Part shown: piece by piece, positions 11,766 to 25,009 of the stretch
How positions within the stretch are numbered: position 1 is the first letter of the stretch
Layout: each line of letters begins with the position of its first letter
Origin: Sphyrna mokarran
Lineage: Eukaryota
Direction of reading: 5' to 3'
NCBI GenBank assembly: GCA_024679065.1
Contig: JAGIQG010000040.1
Span: forward strand, 10,850,001 to 10,914,000
Length of the DNA: 64,000 nt
Notes under the pieces: model-generated
The model's input: the letters and a program-made list of their open reading frames with translations, nothing else
Databases searched by the model: none
What the model was told of the DNA's origin: nothing
Made by a program: the position numbers and the translations under genes

Positions 11766-13030
11766 TTCTAGGTGAAGCTCGGGTTTACCAACTGTCTGTT
11801 TCTGTATCAAGTAGCTAATTTAACCTTGGAGCTGGACAACCAAAGGCAGCTGGATGAGAGGCAGCGACAGAAACGGGGAGAGAAGCGACAGATGAGTGAG
11901 TGAATGACACAGTCACATGAAAATGGACCCTCTGCCTACTGCGGCTTCCCTGCCTCTCAGCGCTTTGTATTCTTCAGCAAACATCCCCTGGGGCTCATGT
12001 AATGGCGCCAGGAGAGCCATTCGCTACATCGCCTGCAATCACACCCTCCTTTCTGCCTTTTAATATTCGAAATTCTTCGCATTTTCACACCGGCTTTCAG
12101 TGTGACGAAAACAGAGCTGTGATCAGCTGATGTTATTCCCCGGCTTTACTACAATAAGGTTTATCCAGGGGGATGTCAACATTTTTCTTTGAAAGTGGTG
12201 AGCTACAGAGAAATTTAATGCAGTAGAAATTAGTATATTCGATATTACAGGGGGAACCAGCAAGGACACTTTTTAAATTGCTTTTGTAATTGAGGCGATT
12301 GTGGAATGGGACTGATCCAAACTCTCAGAAATATTTCATGATCACTTGTAGGATACCATCACGCATTTGGTTCTGTGGTGTAATGGTGAGCACTCTGGAC
12401 TCTGAATCCAGTAATCCGAGTTCAAATCTCGGCAGAACCTTGCTTTAATTTCTCAATGCAGGTGATTGATTTGCTGAAGAGCATTTCACTTAAATTTTCT
12501 CATCATCAGTATTCACGGGTAAGCAGTTGTGGGTTGGCAATGTGTCCGTGGGTGCCAATGAAAATTAGCTGTTAATTATTCCCGGCTTTATTTTTATCTG
12601 GTGTTACCGACATTATTTAATAATGATTGACTTCAAACATGTTGTATATATACTTATATATGTGTGTGTGTGTATATATATATATAATATATAATATATA
12701 TATACACACATATATATACATACATATATACGCTGCCATTATACCATTAAACGTAAAAAAAATCGAAACATGAACTTATAGCTGAGCGTTTGTTCCAATT
12801 CCATATCCCTGCTTCCATTCATTCCCGGATAGATCATAAATCTGTCTGACCCAAACTGAAATGTATTCAATGATGGAGCATCAGAACCCTCTGGAGTAGA
12901 GAAATCAGAAGATTCATGAGACTGAGTGAAGCAATTTCTCCTCATGGCCTCCCTAAATCATCAGCGCCTTATCCTGAGATTGTGTCCCCGTGTTTTAGAT
13001 TCCCGGATCAGGAAAAAATAATGTTCTCCT
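11760..13030 (+). repeat. Segmental duplicate (tRNA-Gln module), direct copy at about 33510-34765
   Basis: Near-identical over about 1.25 kb. Confidence 0.9.
12369..12440 (+). tRNA. trnaq-cug: tRNA-Gln(CTG)
   Basis: Full cloverleaf; acceptor GGTTCTG/CAGAACC fully paired. Confidence 0.9.
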
Positions 13031-13399
13031 TGTTAAAGTCGTTCCACACCAGTATCATCCTAATGAATCTGTACATGGTATACTAACCGTGGCATCATGG
13101 GAGTTTATACAGCTCCACCATAACTTCTGTGTTTTATTCATCAATGCTTCTGCTAATAAAGGATTATTGGAGAGGATTCTTCGAGAAGGATCTATTCTCA
13201 TATGGAAATAAGTGGACCTATTAGAACATAGAATATAGAACACTACAACACAACAGGCTCTTCGGCCCACAAGTTGTGCCGATCATATTCCTACCTACCA
13301 GGCCTATTTATAACCCCCAATCCCATTAAGCCACATGTACTTATCCATAAGTCTTTTAAAAGTCCTCAATGTGTTCGCTCATCCAGAAGTATCTTAAAA

Positions 13400-14670
13400 G
13401 AGCCCAACGAGTTCGCATTAGTGAAGCAACATGATTTTGTGAAAGGGAGATCGTGTTCCACCAACGTCGTCGAATTTATCGAGGGAGATGATAAATGAGG
13501 GTAAGGTAGTGGATGTTATCTACATGGACTTCTGTAAGGTCTTTGACAGGGTCCTTCACAGCAATCTGGTGCAGGACATGAAGTCACATGGGATCAGAAG
13601 TGAGCTGACAAAGTGGATACAAAACTGGCTCGGTCAAACAAGACAGAGTGTAGCAGTAGGAAAGTGTGTTTTTGAATGAGAGTTATGACAAGTGGCATTC
13701 CTCAGGAATCAGAACTGGGAACTTTGCTCTTTGTAACATTGCGTATGACACAAAGGTTGTAAGTTTGCGGATGATACAAAAATTGATGGATTTGCAGGTA
13801 GTGGTGAGGACTATAAAAGGATTCAGGAAGATATAGATCGATTGGAGACTTGGGTGGAGATGCGGCAAATGGAGTTTAATAGAGACAAATGTAAGGCAAT
13901 GCATTTTGGAAAGCCTAATACAGATAGGTAATGTAGTAAGGGCAGATTCCTCAAGATAGGCAAAGGGACCTGATGTACAGGTGCAGAGGTCACTGAAAGT
14001 GGCAATGCAGGTGGAGAATATAGTCAAAAAGACATTTGGCAATCTTGTCTTCATGGGCCAGGGCATTGAGTTTAAAAATTGGCAAGCAATGTTGCAGCTT
14101 TATAGAGCCTTATTTAGGCTGCACTGAGAACATAATGTTCAATTCTGGTCACCACACTATCAGGAACATGTGGAAACTTTTCAAAAGGTGCAGAAAAGAT
14201 GTACTAGCTTGTTGTCTCGTGGGGAGGGCATCAGATATAAGGAGAGATTGGGAAAACGTAATTTGATCTCACTGGAATGACGGAGGTTGAGGGCTGACCT
14301 GATAGATGTCTATAAGGTTATGAGAGGAATAGACAGAATGGATAGTCAGAAGCTTTTTTCAAGGGCTATAAGAGTCAATTGCTCTGGAGCACAGGTCCAA
14401 GGTGCGAGGTCAAAGTTTAAAGGAAGTGTACGAGGCAGATGTTTTACAAACAGGGTGCTGCGTGCCTGGAACGCGTTGCCAGGGAAAGTAGTGGAACTGG
14501 ATACTATAGTCACTTTCAAGAGGCGTCTTGACAACTACATGAATAGGGTGGAAATGGAGGGATATAGTCCCCAGGAGGGGATGGGTTTTATTTCAGTCGT
14601 GGCAGCATGATCAGTGCAGGCCTGAAGGGCCGAAGGGGCCCGTTCCTGTGCTGAAATTTTCTTTGTTCTT
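13400..14670 (+). mobile_element. 5'-truncated degenerate CR1 LINE (an opposite-strand CR1 tail lies at about 13222-13380)
   Basis: VDVIYMDF, KFADDTK, RVLRAWNALP, CR1 3' UTR. Confidence 0.88.
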
Positions 14671-15268
14671 ACTCTAAAGCCTGTATAAAAAATGGTGAAT
14701 GATTTTAGCGCTTAATTAATAACCTCACGCATTTATTGACGGAGGTGAATGGCAGAAAGTTCAATGAAGAATTGTATCCTTACAGTAATATTTAGGGGCA
14801 TATCCTGATATAAAACAAATAGATTTATTTTAAAGCTTGAAGGAAACTATGTCGAAACCAACAATATTTGTACATTCAGAGGCACATTCAAGTCTCAACA
14901 GTTAAACATTAACATTGATCTTAAAAGAAAAAATATACCATGATAATTCCAATGCAGGTAAGATAGTCTGTTGGTTATTCGGTGCAGATTCAATGGGTCA
15001 TATGACCTTCTTCTGCACTGCCATGTCTGCCTAACCATTATTTCCAACTTTCCATACTTCCTTGAATCTCAACACCCCATCTAGACTGTAAATTTTGGAT
15101 ATAGAAAGTGTTGGATTGAAGGGGGTTAAGTGAAGTTGTTTGTTTAGTGACTGTAATTGATGTGAATCTCCATGGACCCTGTTATTGTGCCTGGAGGGAT
15201 TTCCCTCTTCTATTAATAGAGGATTCCATTCAATTGTCCCATTGAGTGAGCGGGAGAGCAACAGCTCC

Positions 15269-15275
15269 TATATAA
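15269..15275 (+). promoter_or_regulatory. TATA box of GPCR-2
   Basis: TATATAA about 85 nt before ATG 15356; caattg-tcccattgag just upstream. Confidence 0.45.
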
Positions 15276-15316
15276 CAGAGATCAGCGGCTGTGGAGAGAG
15301 AGGGAGGGAGAAGAGA

Positions 15317-15442
15317 GATCAGAATCTGGGAGCAGTGGATTGGAGTCTTCCAACAATGGATCAGGAACTGACAGCAATGCACCAGAAAGTCCCAACAATG
15401 GATCAGAAACTGGGAGCAATCGATTGGAATCTTCCAACCAAG
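15317..15442 (+). repeat. 6 x 21-bp minisatellite spanning the start of GPCR-2
   Basis: gatcagaatctgggagcagtg / gattggagtcttccaacaatg / gatcaggaactgacagcaatg / caccagaaagtcccaacaatg / gatcagaaactgggagcaatc / gattggaatcttccaaccaag. Confidence 0.8.
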
Positions 15443-15578
15443 GACAAAAGTTTATTCCATTGGATTCCTATGTTTACCTCAGATGATTGGAGGATACCAT
15501 CTGCTTATCGGATTGAAGGTCTACTGAAAGCGATTCAGTACGTTTACTATCCCATCCTGGCGATTATTGGCGTTCCGG
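15356..15578 (+). CDS. GPR139-like GPCR gene 2, coding exon 1
   Basis: MDQELTAM..IQYVYYPILAIIGVP, phase-1 donor G|gtaagt; start ATG uncertain (several in frame). Confidence 0.82.
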
Positions 15579-16099
15579 GTAAGTCCTTGGCTGGAATTGG
15601 ACCAGTCGACTGACACTGGAATTGGAGCAGGCAAGGGTCAGAGCATGGGAAGGTCTGTGGTAGGATTTTGCAGATTTCGGAAGAGTGAGGCTGTAAAGTC
15701 CCGTCCCCTGTGTCCAGTTCCTAATTCTAGAAATGCTGCTTAACTGTATTGATTTCCTTGTCATTGACTGTACTAGTTTTCTGCTCTTGTTTCTGTTGAG
15801 TCCCTATATCCAGTTATGAATTCTTTCAGCCACTGACAATTGCCTATGGGCAATGATGTTTTCTGTGTGCTGTGACTATCCATAGATTTGTGACCTAACA
15901 CTAATCCTTCGTGAGACAAAGATTCAGGCAGAATCCTTTTTACCCTCTACATGTAACACCAGTTCACTGCTAATTGCCCACCCAGTCTCCAGGCTGCAGA
16001 ATCCATTTTAATGATCATGTGTGTACAGTAAGATCTCAAAAGAGAACACATTTCGTATTGAAATTTATTCATCAATGCCACAAGTATGCAAACATTAAT

Positions 16100-16355
16100 A
16101 CTGCTGTGAGTTGCGATCAAAATCCCCGAGTCGCCACACTGCGTCACATGTTCAGGTACACTGAGGGAGAATTTAGCACGGCCAATACATCAAATCAGCA
16201 CAACTTTACGATTTTTGGAGAAAACCGGAGCACCTGGAGGAAACCCACACAGACACCGGGAGAACAAATAGACTCTGCACAGACAGTAGCCAAGCCTGAA
16301 ATTGAACCATGGAGCCTAGTGCTATGAGGCAACAATGCTATCCCCTTTACCACCA
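16100..16355 (-). mobile_element. V-SINE (HE1-like)
   Basis: aaaccggagcacctggaggaaacccacacagacac core plus tRNA-derived head. Confidence 0.75.
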
Positions 16356-17249
16356 CAACTTTATCTTAGAGTCACAGAAACACAAACATACATATATTAA
16401 TAGAGACATTGACTGGTAGAAACAATCAGATTTAGACACTTCCTACCACTCACATACAAATTCAAGGACCAAAAGCGTTGTAAGACTCCAGAATAATGCA
16501 CACATAGGAGCACTCATCAGGTACTCTGCTGCTCACACACAACACGCCCTGACACACACCCATGCATATACGCCCACACACACACGCCCATACACACACA
16601 CATTCACACACACACACACTCACACAGATAGATGCATAGGAGTAATGGTGTTAATGGCTAGCTGTCATCGAAAAACACGTATTTTTGGACGTGTTGTGGA
16701 TGTTGATGAACTGTAGTGGATCTAGGCAATCTGGGAAGCTGGAACTGATTCATTCCATGACTAACCTTTTGTTGCATTTCATAATATCGAATGTCGGAGT
16801 CACAGGATGATAGTCATTAGGCAGCCTGCTTGGCTTTTCTTTTGGTGCTGACCTCTGTTTTGAGTTTTTACCTGGTGCACACATTAGCAACCTTCCTGCC
16901 AAGAGAGGATTCATGGAGATGTAAAGATAATAGAGATTTTGTATTTCAAGGCACCAGGATCTCCCTCTAACAACTGTTAGTCTTGTCCAGAGGAAAGGGT
17001 CAAACCAACCCTTTGTTTGGTACCAGCTTTGTTGTGGGAGATGTCAGTGAACTGTCTGAGAGAGAACAGATTACCAACTACAGGACTCCACCCGGATCTT
17101 CTGTTAGGATTTACTGCCTCATCTTTCTTACCCTCCAAATCTTCCACGGGTAGAGAGGTTATTTACCTGTAGCTGAGTAAAGGACAATGTTGAGCACTCC
17201 CTGGAAAGCTCTCTCCCTAATGTATACTTTTGTGTCACTATCGAGGAAC

Positions 17250-17390
17250 AGGGCAATGGCACTGCCCTGCTGACTCACAGCATCAGGGATCTGGGTTCAG
17301 TTCCTGTCTTGGGTCACTGTCTGTGTTGCCTTTGTACATTCTCTTTGTGTCTGTACAGGTTTGCTCCCATTTCCTCTCACACTCCAAAAG
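17250..17390 (+). mobile_element. V-SINE fragment
   Basis: ctcacagcatcagggatctgggttcagttcc..gtcactgtctgtgt. Confidence 0.6.
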
Positions 17391-17517
17391 AGGCACGAGA
17401 TTTTAAAAAATCAAACTGTTTTGTGTGTTTTCTTTATTTCAACCCAAGGTCAGTCTAAATGGTAATTTGTTCCACTGAATCATATCTAATTTTATTCTGT
17501 TTTTCCCTTCCTGACAG

Positions 17518-18416
17518 TGAACATAACCACAATTGTGACACTGACGAGCAGAAACTGTGGGCTGTCCAAATGTGTCACTCGTTACCTGGTGGCCATGTCA
17601 GTGGGGGATCTGCTGGTCGTTATCTTCGACCTGATATTGAGGCACATTCCCATTGTTTATCATGAACAGTTTTATTTCCTGCTGTCTCTCCCCGTGTGTA
17701 ACATCCACGCCGTCCTGCTTTACGCGGCCACTGACTGTTCTGTCTGGTTCACCGTCACTTTCACCTTCGATCGATTTGTGGCCATTTGCTGCCCCAAGCT
17801 GAAAAGTAAATATTGCACTGAGAAATCGGCGGCTGTGGTTCTGGGAACAGTGACGGTGCTGAGCTGTTTAAAGAACATTATCTGGTATTTTATGTTAGTA
17901 AATACATATCGGCTGCAGAACCTCCCCTGGTTTTGTTATTTCACAATCGATGTTTTGGATTCTCTGGTCTGGGGAGCAATCGAGTTCCTCCACTACATTC
18001 TAAACCCATGTGTCCCATTCGTCCTGATTCTTTTGCTCAATGCTCTCACCGTCAGACACATTTTAGTGAGCAGCAGAGCCCGCAGGAGACTCTGGGCTCA
18101 CAGCAGGGGAGAGAATTCCAGAGACCCAGAGATGGAGAATCGAAGGAAATCCATCATTTTACTGTTTGTTATCTCAGTCAATTTCATCCTCTTATGGTCA
18201 ACATTCATGATTTATTCAGTATGGAATCGAATGTATGATATGGGCTATCGTTTAACATTAGATTTTTATGTTATGGAATTGGGCTTCATGCTGCAACTCA
18301 CAAGTTGTTGTACAAATACTGCTATTTATGCTGTGACACAGACTCACTTCAGGCAGCAGCTAAAAAATCTATTGAAATATCCCTTTACTGTAATTTTTCA
18401 TCTCAATAAAGCCTGA
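17518..18416 (+). CDS. GPR139-like GPCR gene 2, coding exon 2
   Basis: Acceptor cctgacag|tg; open frame, DRF, PWFC, CCTNTAIY. Confidence 0.92.
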
Positions 18417-18489
18417 GAGGAAATGACAACAACAAGCCCTCTGATTCTTCCTATTGAGTATTCAAACTGTAAATCACCAAGCAGCCTCA

Positions 18490-19165
18490 CAGAGACAGAA
18501 AGAGTGACAGATAGAGAGAGAGGACAATGTTAGCAATAGTGAGATTGATAGACAGAGAATGGCAGAGGGAGGGAAAGGCAGGGCGACTTAGAGAGCAACA
18601 GAATTTGAAAGGCTTTCTAACAGGTACACGGAAATAAACAGGGAAACAGGAAGAAAGAACACATACAAAGAGAGACTCTCACAGAACAAGAAAGACAGAA
18701 ATAGTGAGGACAGTCACGAGGGAGATATACAGGGAATGAGAAAGGGAGACAGAGGAAGACAGATTGGAGTTTGTAATAAGAGAGGGAGACAAGTGGGGAA
18801 ACGGGAGACAAAAAATGAAGCAGAGCAAAATAGGCAGAGACAGATAGAGACAGAGATATAGAGATAGATAGCAGGAGACTGAAAATGTACAATGGACAAA
18901 GCAAGAGCAAAAATTAGAGTGAGATGGAGGCGGGGGCGGCAGACAGACAAATAAGTAAAAGAGAGACAGGGAGTGGGAGAAGGAGAGTGACACTAAAGGC
19001 GGGGCAGGAGAGACAGAGGAAGAGGGTAGAGAGATGGAGAGTGGCGGAGAGGCTGACAGGCAGCAATAAACAGAGGGAAACATTGAGGGAGACAGAGGCA
19101 CAGAGAGACACGGAGAAAAAGTGCCAAAAGAGAGCCACAAGAAACATAGAAAGAGGAAGAGAAAT
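18490..19165. repeat. GA-rich low-complexity tract
   Basis: Degenerate (GA)n/(GACA)n. Confidence 0.8.
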
Positions 19166-19321
19166 ATATTTAAGGATGTTAACGAAACCATTAGGTGGAG
19201 CTTTGGAATATGAGCTCCCTGATTGAGGCAGTTGGTGCTGTCCAATCCAGGAGCCTTGCAAACGTACATATAGTGCGTCTAGGTTAGTGGAATTCAAGAA
19301 GTGTACACTCAGGGTGTGGAT

Positions 19322-19610
19322 GCGATGGGCTGGTGGTTTTATCACTAGAGCATTAATACAGAAACTCAGCTAATGTTCTGGGCACAACGGTTTCGATCCC
19401 GTCACGGCAGATGGTGGAAAATGAATAAATGTGTCTGGACTTTAGAATTTGCGAGTGACCATAAAAATGTTGTCCATTTTCAGACAGTCCCATGTGGTTT
19501 GCCAAAGTCCCAGGGAAGGAAATCTGTCGTTCATCCGTAGTCAGGTTTAAAGGTGACTCCAGCGTCACAGCAATGTGGTTGACACTTAATTGCCCTCTGA
19601 ATATGGGCAA
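19322..19610 (+). mobile_element. Old tRNA-derived SINE (family not assigned)
   Basis: B-box-like ggtttcgatccc; body agggaaggaaatctg..gtgactccag..gcaatgtggttgacacttaattgccctctg. Confidence 0.55.
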
Positions 19611-19689
19611 CGAGGTGGCAGACTTGCAAAGGAAGATGCCTTGAATTGGCTACAATTAATAGACACTGATCATATCCCCATTGGAATAT

Positions 19690-20050
19690 ACGGTATTAAT
19701 GAATTTTTTCAAAACTTTGCCAGTGGCAGCCAATAATATTCGGCTATGGATACAAATTTACCCAGTCCTGAATAAGCTAAAGGAGCTAGTGCTGATCGGG
19801 GAAACCAAAAGGTTGTTACAGCCTGAATTACAACCTTATTGGAGTGACAGAGAGCAGCTGACTGTGGAAGATGGCACACGCCTGTGGGGCTCAAGAGTGT
19901 CATCCTGAGCCAAGGTTCACCATCCCATCCTCGCTGTACTCATGGCCACCCAGCAGTGACAAACTGAAGATCCTCCAATTTGCCACGTCTGATGGCCAGG
20001 TATGAATACAGGTCTTTGATCGTGGGTCAGTGTTGGCAATATCAACAAGG
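19690..20050 (+). mobile_element. Gypsy/Ty3 LTR-retrotransposon pol relic
   Basis: ELQPYWSDREQLTVEDGTRLWGSRV, typical of the RNaseH-integrase linker. Confidence 0.6.
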
Positions 20051-21767
20051 GATGAATGCCCCGCCCCCACACCCTCCATCTCTCCAAATCATTGATAAAT
20101 GTTACTATTAAATCTAATGATGGTGATTTGGAGAAGTGGAATGTCGATTAATGAATGGTGTTGGTCTGCGGTTTTTTGGGGGTGGGTGTGGGGTTGAGGG
20201 GCATTGAGGCGGAGGGAGTGCGGAGAGCATGGGAAATTATGATGGAAAGTTAGATGATAATGTGCATGAAATACAACCCTAAACTTCCACTGAGTTACAT
20301 TCAGAGTCAGATTGCAGTTCGAACAGAAAATTCGAATGTCTGCGACAATATTTAATAAAATCCTGTGTCAACATTCCACAGTGCGACTGTTATAATGAGC
20401 TAATAACTAAAATCAGTGCACAGTTAGTCAGTTTGCAGTGTGTGTTATTGATCAGAGTGAGTTAGGGCTCGAAGTGTGCTGGAGTCAAAAATTATAACAA
20501 ACAACTACATTTTAAATATACACAAAGCATACAATAGAGGCAGAGTCCGGCTATATTTCTGAAAGGACTAAGAAAAACGAAGAGCACCAAAGAATAGAAA
20601 ATTCAGCGAAAAAGAGATACGTGTCCAATTATAATGAAATATTATTTGATCATGTCTGGACGAGAAAATAGATAAATCTTTAAATCACTAAAAGGTAAAG
20701 TTATCCAATAATTAGCTGGTAATCTAGACGTTCACTAGCGGGAAGAAAAATATGAATGCAACTATTAAATTCGCTGTCCTTCAGCCAGGTTTCCCTGGGA
20801 ATGTTACTGGCAGAGATATCAATGCCATTGCTTTACTGATTGTTCTTTTTCTATTGGATAGAAAAAAATATTTTTCCTCAACTATGTCCTTAAACCTGCT
20901 GCATTTATGATTAAAGTGATACAACACCACCATCTGCTGGCAGCCCAGAGCGACTGCAGGCGCTGCTGTTTGTGAGTCTGCGAACCAGTTGCTGAAATAT
21001 GAATATTGAACGATATTGTCCGAGATTGGAGTGTATAGAAGGATCTCGGCAGGCGTATTCTCCCTTTTTGTAACCAGACGCCGCAGATAACCGTGTCCTT
21101 CATGTGCCTTTGGGAGATAATGTCTGGAGATTGAAGTTGAGATAATTAGAGACTTCAAATTGTACATTCGATGCAGTTATCAGGCGTTAATCACATTCAG
21201 AATCTTTGTGGGTAAACATTCCTGCTCTCTTTAATTCGTTTGTCAGATATTCTCACGGTTTAGTCTTAAAAAAAAGGCACAAAGAATCAGGCATTTACAG
21301 GGATGGACACACACACACACACACACACACAGGTGTTAGGGCCTACAGAGATACACCGATTCAGGGATACAAATACATTCAGGGGCACATATAGATGCAG
21401 ATACACCAATATTCAGGCACAGACATATAGAGATACTGGTAACTCGAAAGATACAAGGGCGAACACAGAATCAGGGACATACAAACAGTGAATCTGGGTA
21501 TTCGCAGATACAAAGGGCACACACAGAATTAGAGGCTTATACAATCTCTCAGTTTGTACCCTGCCAAACTCTCTCTCGTAATTCCAGACTTCAAAATCGA
21601 ACTTTCCTGTCAGTGCGTCAAAAAACGCGTTTCTCATTTCACAGAAAGTATTTGAGGGTGAAGTCAGAGCAATGATAACATGCCTTTAACATCGAGGTTA
21701 GGATAATGTTGAACAACAAACTAAAATCAAACAATTTTCCCTATCCGACATGAGAAAGTTTAATGAA

Positions 21768-21840
21768 TGTTTCTGCCCGGTTTCGGACCGGGGACCTTTC
21801 GCGTGTGAGGCGAATGTGATAACCACTACACTACAGAAAC
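21768..21840 (-). tRNA. trnav-cac: tRNA-Val(CAC), T-loop TTC>TCC variant
   Basis: GTTTCTGTAGTGTAGTGGTTATCACATTCGCCTCACACGCGAAAGGTCCCCGGTCCGAAACCGGGCAGAAACA. Confidence 0.8.
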
Positions 21841-22262
21841 AACCGGAAAAACAGTGGAGCAAATCTGCCTGTCTGCAATGTTCAACTCCGCTGTGTTGCT
21901 GCAGGTTCCGATGGTTAGACTGAGAGCCCATGTCACTGAATTCAGGAAGATAACTGTTACTTTCAATCTGATGGTACCACATATCCCTAACATCAACTTT
22001 GAAAAGGGTTCGTCTTGCAAATATCTAAGGGAGCAATGATTTCTGCCCGTTCATTAATACATCATTTTCATCTTTCTTCCAATAATCATCCGCATTTTGT
22101 ATCATCAGCGCTTTGCAGTCTGTCGTTCGCTTTTTTCTTTGTTCTTTAAATGTGACATTTCCAATTCAGATGCTAAAGAGGAAATCTCCCTGATACTGAT
22201 TCTCACAGAACTGATGCAGACCGGGAAGGAACACAGGATTGTTGTACAGCAATAAATCTACA

Positions 22263-22334
22263 TTCCCTAACCGGGAATCGAACCCGGGCCGCGGCGGTGA
22301 GAGCGCCGAATCCTAACCACTAGACCATCAGGGA
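22263..22334 (-). tRNA. trnae-cuc: tRNA-Glu(CTC)
   Basis: TCCCTGATGGTCTAGTGGTTAGGATTCGGCGCTCTCACCGCCG..GGTTCGATTCCCGGTTAGGGAA. Confidence 0.88.
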
Positions 22335-22728
22335 AGCTGATGTGTGCTTTAGAAAATATTAATTTATCCATGAACCACCTGTCTTTTATTTTCTTTCGGT
22401 CTTTTTCTTCACCAAATTCAAGTTTATCCTTCAAATGGTCATCTTTATTTCACACACAAGTGACTGCTTCAGCCAATGAAAGCAGTGATTCCTGTTCGCT
22501 GGAACATGAAATGGACAGTGAGGGGAAATAGTCCCACAAACTGTTAATGTGACACTTTCAATTTCCAAAACTCACCAATCTCATCGGCATTTCTTATTTC
22601 AGAGAAAGCATTTGAGGGTGAAGTCAGAGCAATGATAACATGACTTTAACATCGAGATTCGGATAATGTTGAGCAACAATCTGAAATCAAGCAATTTTCC
22701 CTTCCAGCAAATGGAAAAGCAGAATGAA

Positions 22729-22801
22729 TATTACTTCCCGGTTTCGAATCGGGGACCTTTCCCATGTTAGGCGAATGTGATAACCACTACACTACAGAAA
22801 C
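22729..22801 (-). pseudogene. tRNA-Val(AAC) pseudogene
   Basis: Mismatches in anticodon stem, T arm and 3' acceptor strand. Confidence 0.8.
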
Positions 22802-23261
22802 AATTGGAAACATACAGCAGCAAATCTGCCTGTGCTCACCATTATACCACAGAACACAACACAGCGAAAGCAGCTTCAAATGGGAACTCAATGCTACTGC
22901 AAATTTGGGAGCAATATCATTCCTATTGGTTCTCTGAATTGTTGATTAGGGATAAAGAAAAAGTCCACGAGCAACTTCCGGAAACGTTTTGATCCACTTG
23001 TTGTATGCCCTGCATTATCAGGTTGTCAAACATGACAATGAAGGGCATATAACCTCTCCAGAGATGCCATCATGCCTGTTGAGAATTTCCAGCATTTTAA
23101 GTTGTCTTTTTAAATTCCTCATCTGCAGTAATTTGCTGCTGGCTGAAGCAGTCATTCCTGTTCTATCTAAACATGAGGGTCTTTTTTCCCAACAAAGCTT
23201 TTCTTGAGAATTTGAAAAACGCTACAATGTATCAGTCAGATTAAGGCAGCTGTTTGTATCT

Positions 23262-23333
23262 TCCCTGGTGGTCTAGTGGTTAGGATTCGGCGCTTTCACC
23301 TTCGCGGTCTGGGTTCGATTCCCAGTCAAGGAA
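23262..23333 (+). tRNA. trnae-uuc: tRNA-Glu(TTC), degenerate (likely pseudogene)
   Basis: Glu body with anticodon-stem and acceptor mismatches. Confidence 0.7.
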
Positions 23334-24464
23334 TGTAGACTTTATCGCTACCGACCAGCAAAAAATTGGAAGGGGCTGAAATTCCTTCCTGGTGTGATCA
23401 TGGTACCAGTTTGAACTACCTGAAAAAACAAAACAATCCCACTGGCCCAATCCCGGCAATTGATATTTACATTCCCCTTGCTGCTTCCTCCTGTTAAAAT
23501 GAATAATAATACATTCTACTCCGCTACATTTCATTGTAGCTCACCACATTCAAAGATCATTCGTAGCCTCTGCCTCTTGTGGGAAATCTGCTGAACAACA
23601 TTAGCTTTTCACATCTCTGCTCTGATATCTGAGATTTGTATCTCATTGATCATCTTTATGGTCTCCATTGCTTCATCCCAGGTCACTGACACTACAGATC
23701 TTGTCACACAGTTATTCTATCGTCTGCAGTAAATGATATACGTTTCCTTCGCTTTCAAATACACTCACCTCCAGAAACCGATTACATGATGAGTAAAATG
23801 TTCTGTTTAGCTGATAGTTCAAGGGAAAAAAAATGAGAGCCGAAGAATGGAAACTCAAGCGAAAAAGAGATATGTGTCCAATTATAATGAAATATTATTT
23901 GATAATGTCTTAATGAGAAAATAGACACATCTTTAAATCACTAAAAGATAAGATTATACAATAATTAGCTGGTAACCGACATGTTCATTAGCGGGAAGAC
24001 AAATATGAATGCAAATATGAAATCCGCTATCCTTCAGCCAGATTCCCCTGTGAATGTTACTGACAGAGGGATCAGTGCCATTGCTTTACGAATTGTTGCC
24101 TTTCTATGGAAACAGGGAAATAAATTTTCCTCAAATATCTCCTCAAACCTGCTGCACTACATTCTGATTAAAGTGATACAACACCACCATCTGCTGGCGG
24201 CCCAGAGTGACTGCAGGCGTTGGTTGTTGTGAATCTGCGAACCAGTTGCTGAAATATGAATATTGAACTACATTGTCCGAGATTGGAGTTTATAGAAGGA
24301 TCTCGGCTGGTGTATTCGCCCTTTTTATAACCAGACGATGCAGTTATCAGACGTTAATCACATTCAGAATCTTAGTGGGTAAAGATTCCTGTTCTTTTTA
24401 ATTCGTTTGTCAGATATTTTCACGGTTTTGTCTTAAAAAAAAGCACAAAGAATCAGACATTTAC

Positions 24465-24512
<48 letters not shown>

Positions 24513-24936
24513 ATTGGGGCCTACAGGCATACAGGGGGTCATACACAGATTCAGGGACACATATAGATGCAGATACACCAAGATTCAGGCACAGACATAT
24601 AGAGATACTGGTAACTCGAAAGATACAAGGGCGAACACAGAATCAGGGGTATACAAAAAGTGAATCTCGGCATTCGCAGATACAAGGGCACACACAGAAT
24701 TAGAGGCTTATACAATCTCTCAGTTTGTACCCTGCCAAACTCTCTCTCACAGCTCCAGTCTTCAAAATCGAACTTTCCTGTTCGCGTCAAAAAACGCGTT
24801 TCTCATTTCACAGAAAGTATTTGAGGGTGAAGTCAGAGCAATGATAACATGCCTTTAACATCGAGGTTAGGATAATGTTGAGCAACAAACTGAAATCAAA
24901 CAATTTCTCCTATGCAACTTAAGAAAGTTGAAAGAA

Positions 24937-25009
24937 TGTTTCTGCCCGGTTTCGGACCGGGGACCTTTCGTGTGTGAGGCGAATGTGATAACCACTACAC
25001 TACAGAAAC
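24937..25009 (-). tRNA. trnav-cac: tRNA-Val(CAC), T-loop TTC>TCC variant, possible pseudogene
   Basis: Duplicate of 21768-21840 with an extra anticodon-stem change. Confidence 0.72.

Noticed and set aside
20377-20414. RSS-like CACAGTG-22 nt-ACTAAAATC
   Set aside because: No V exon or opposing RSS nonamer nearby, and 7/9 nonamer match could be chance; an RSS scoring tool would settle it
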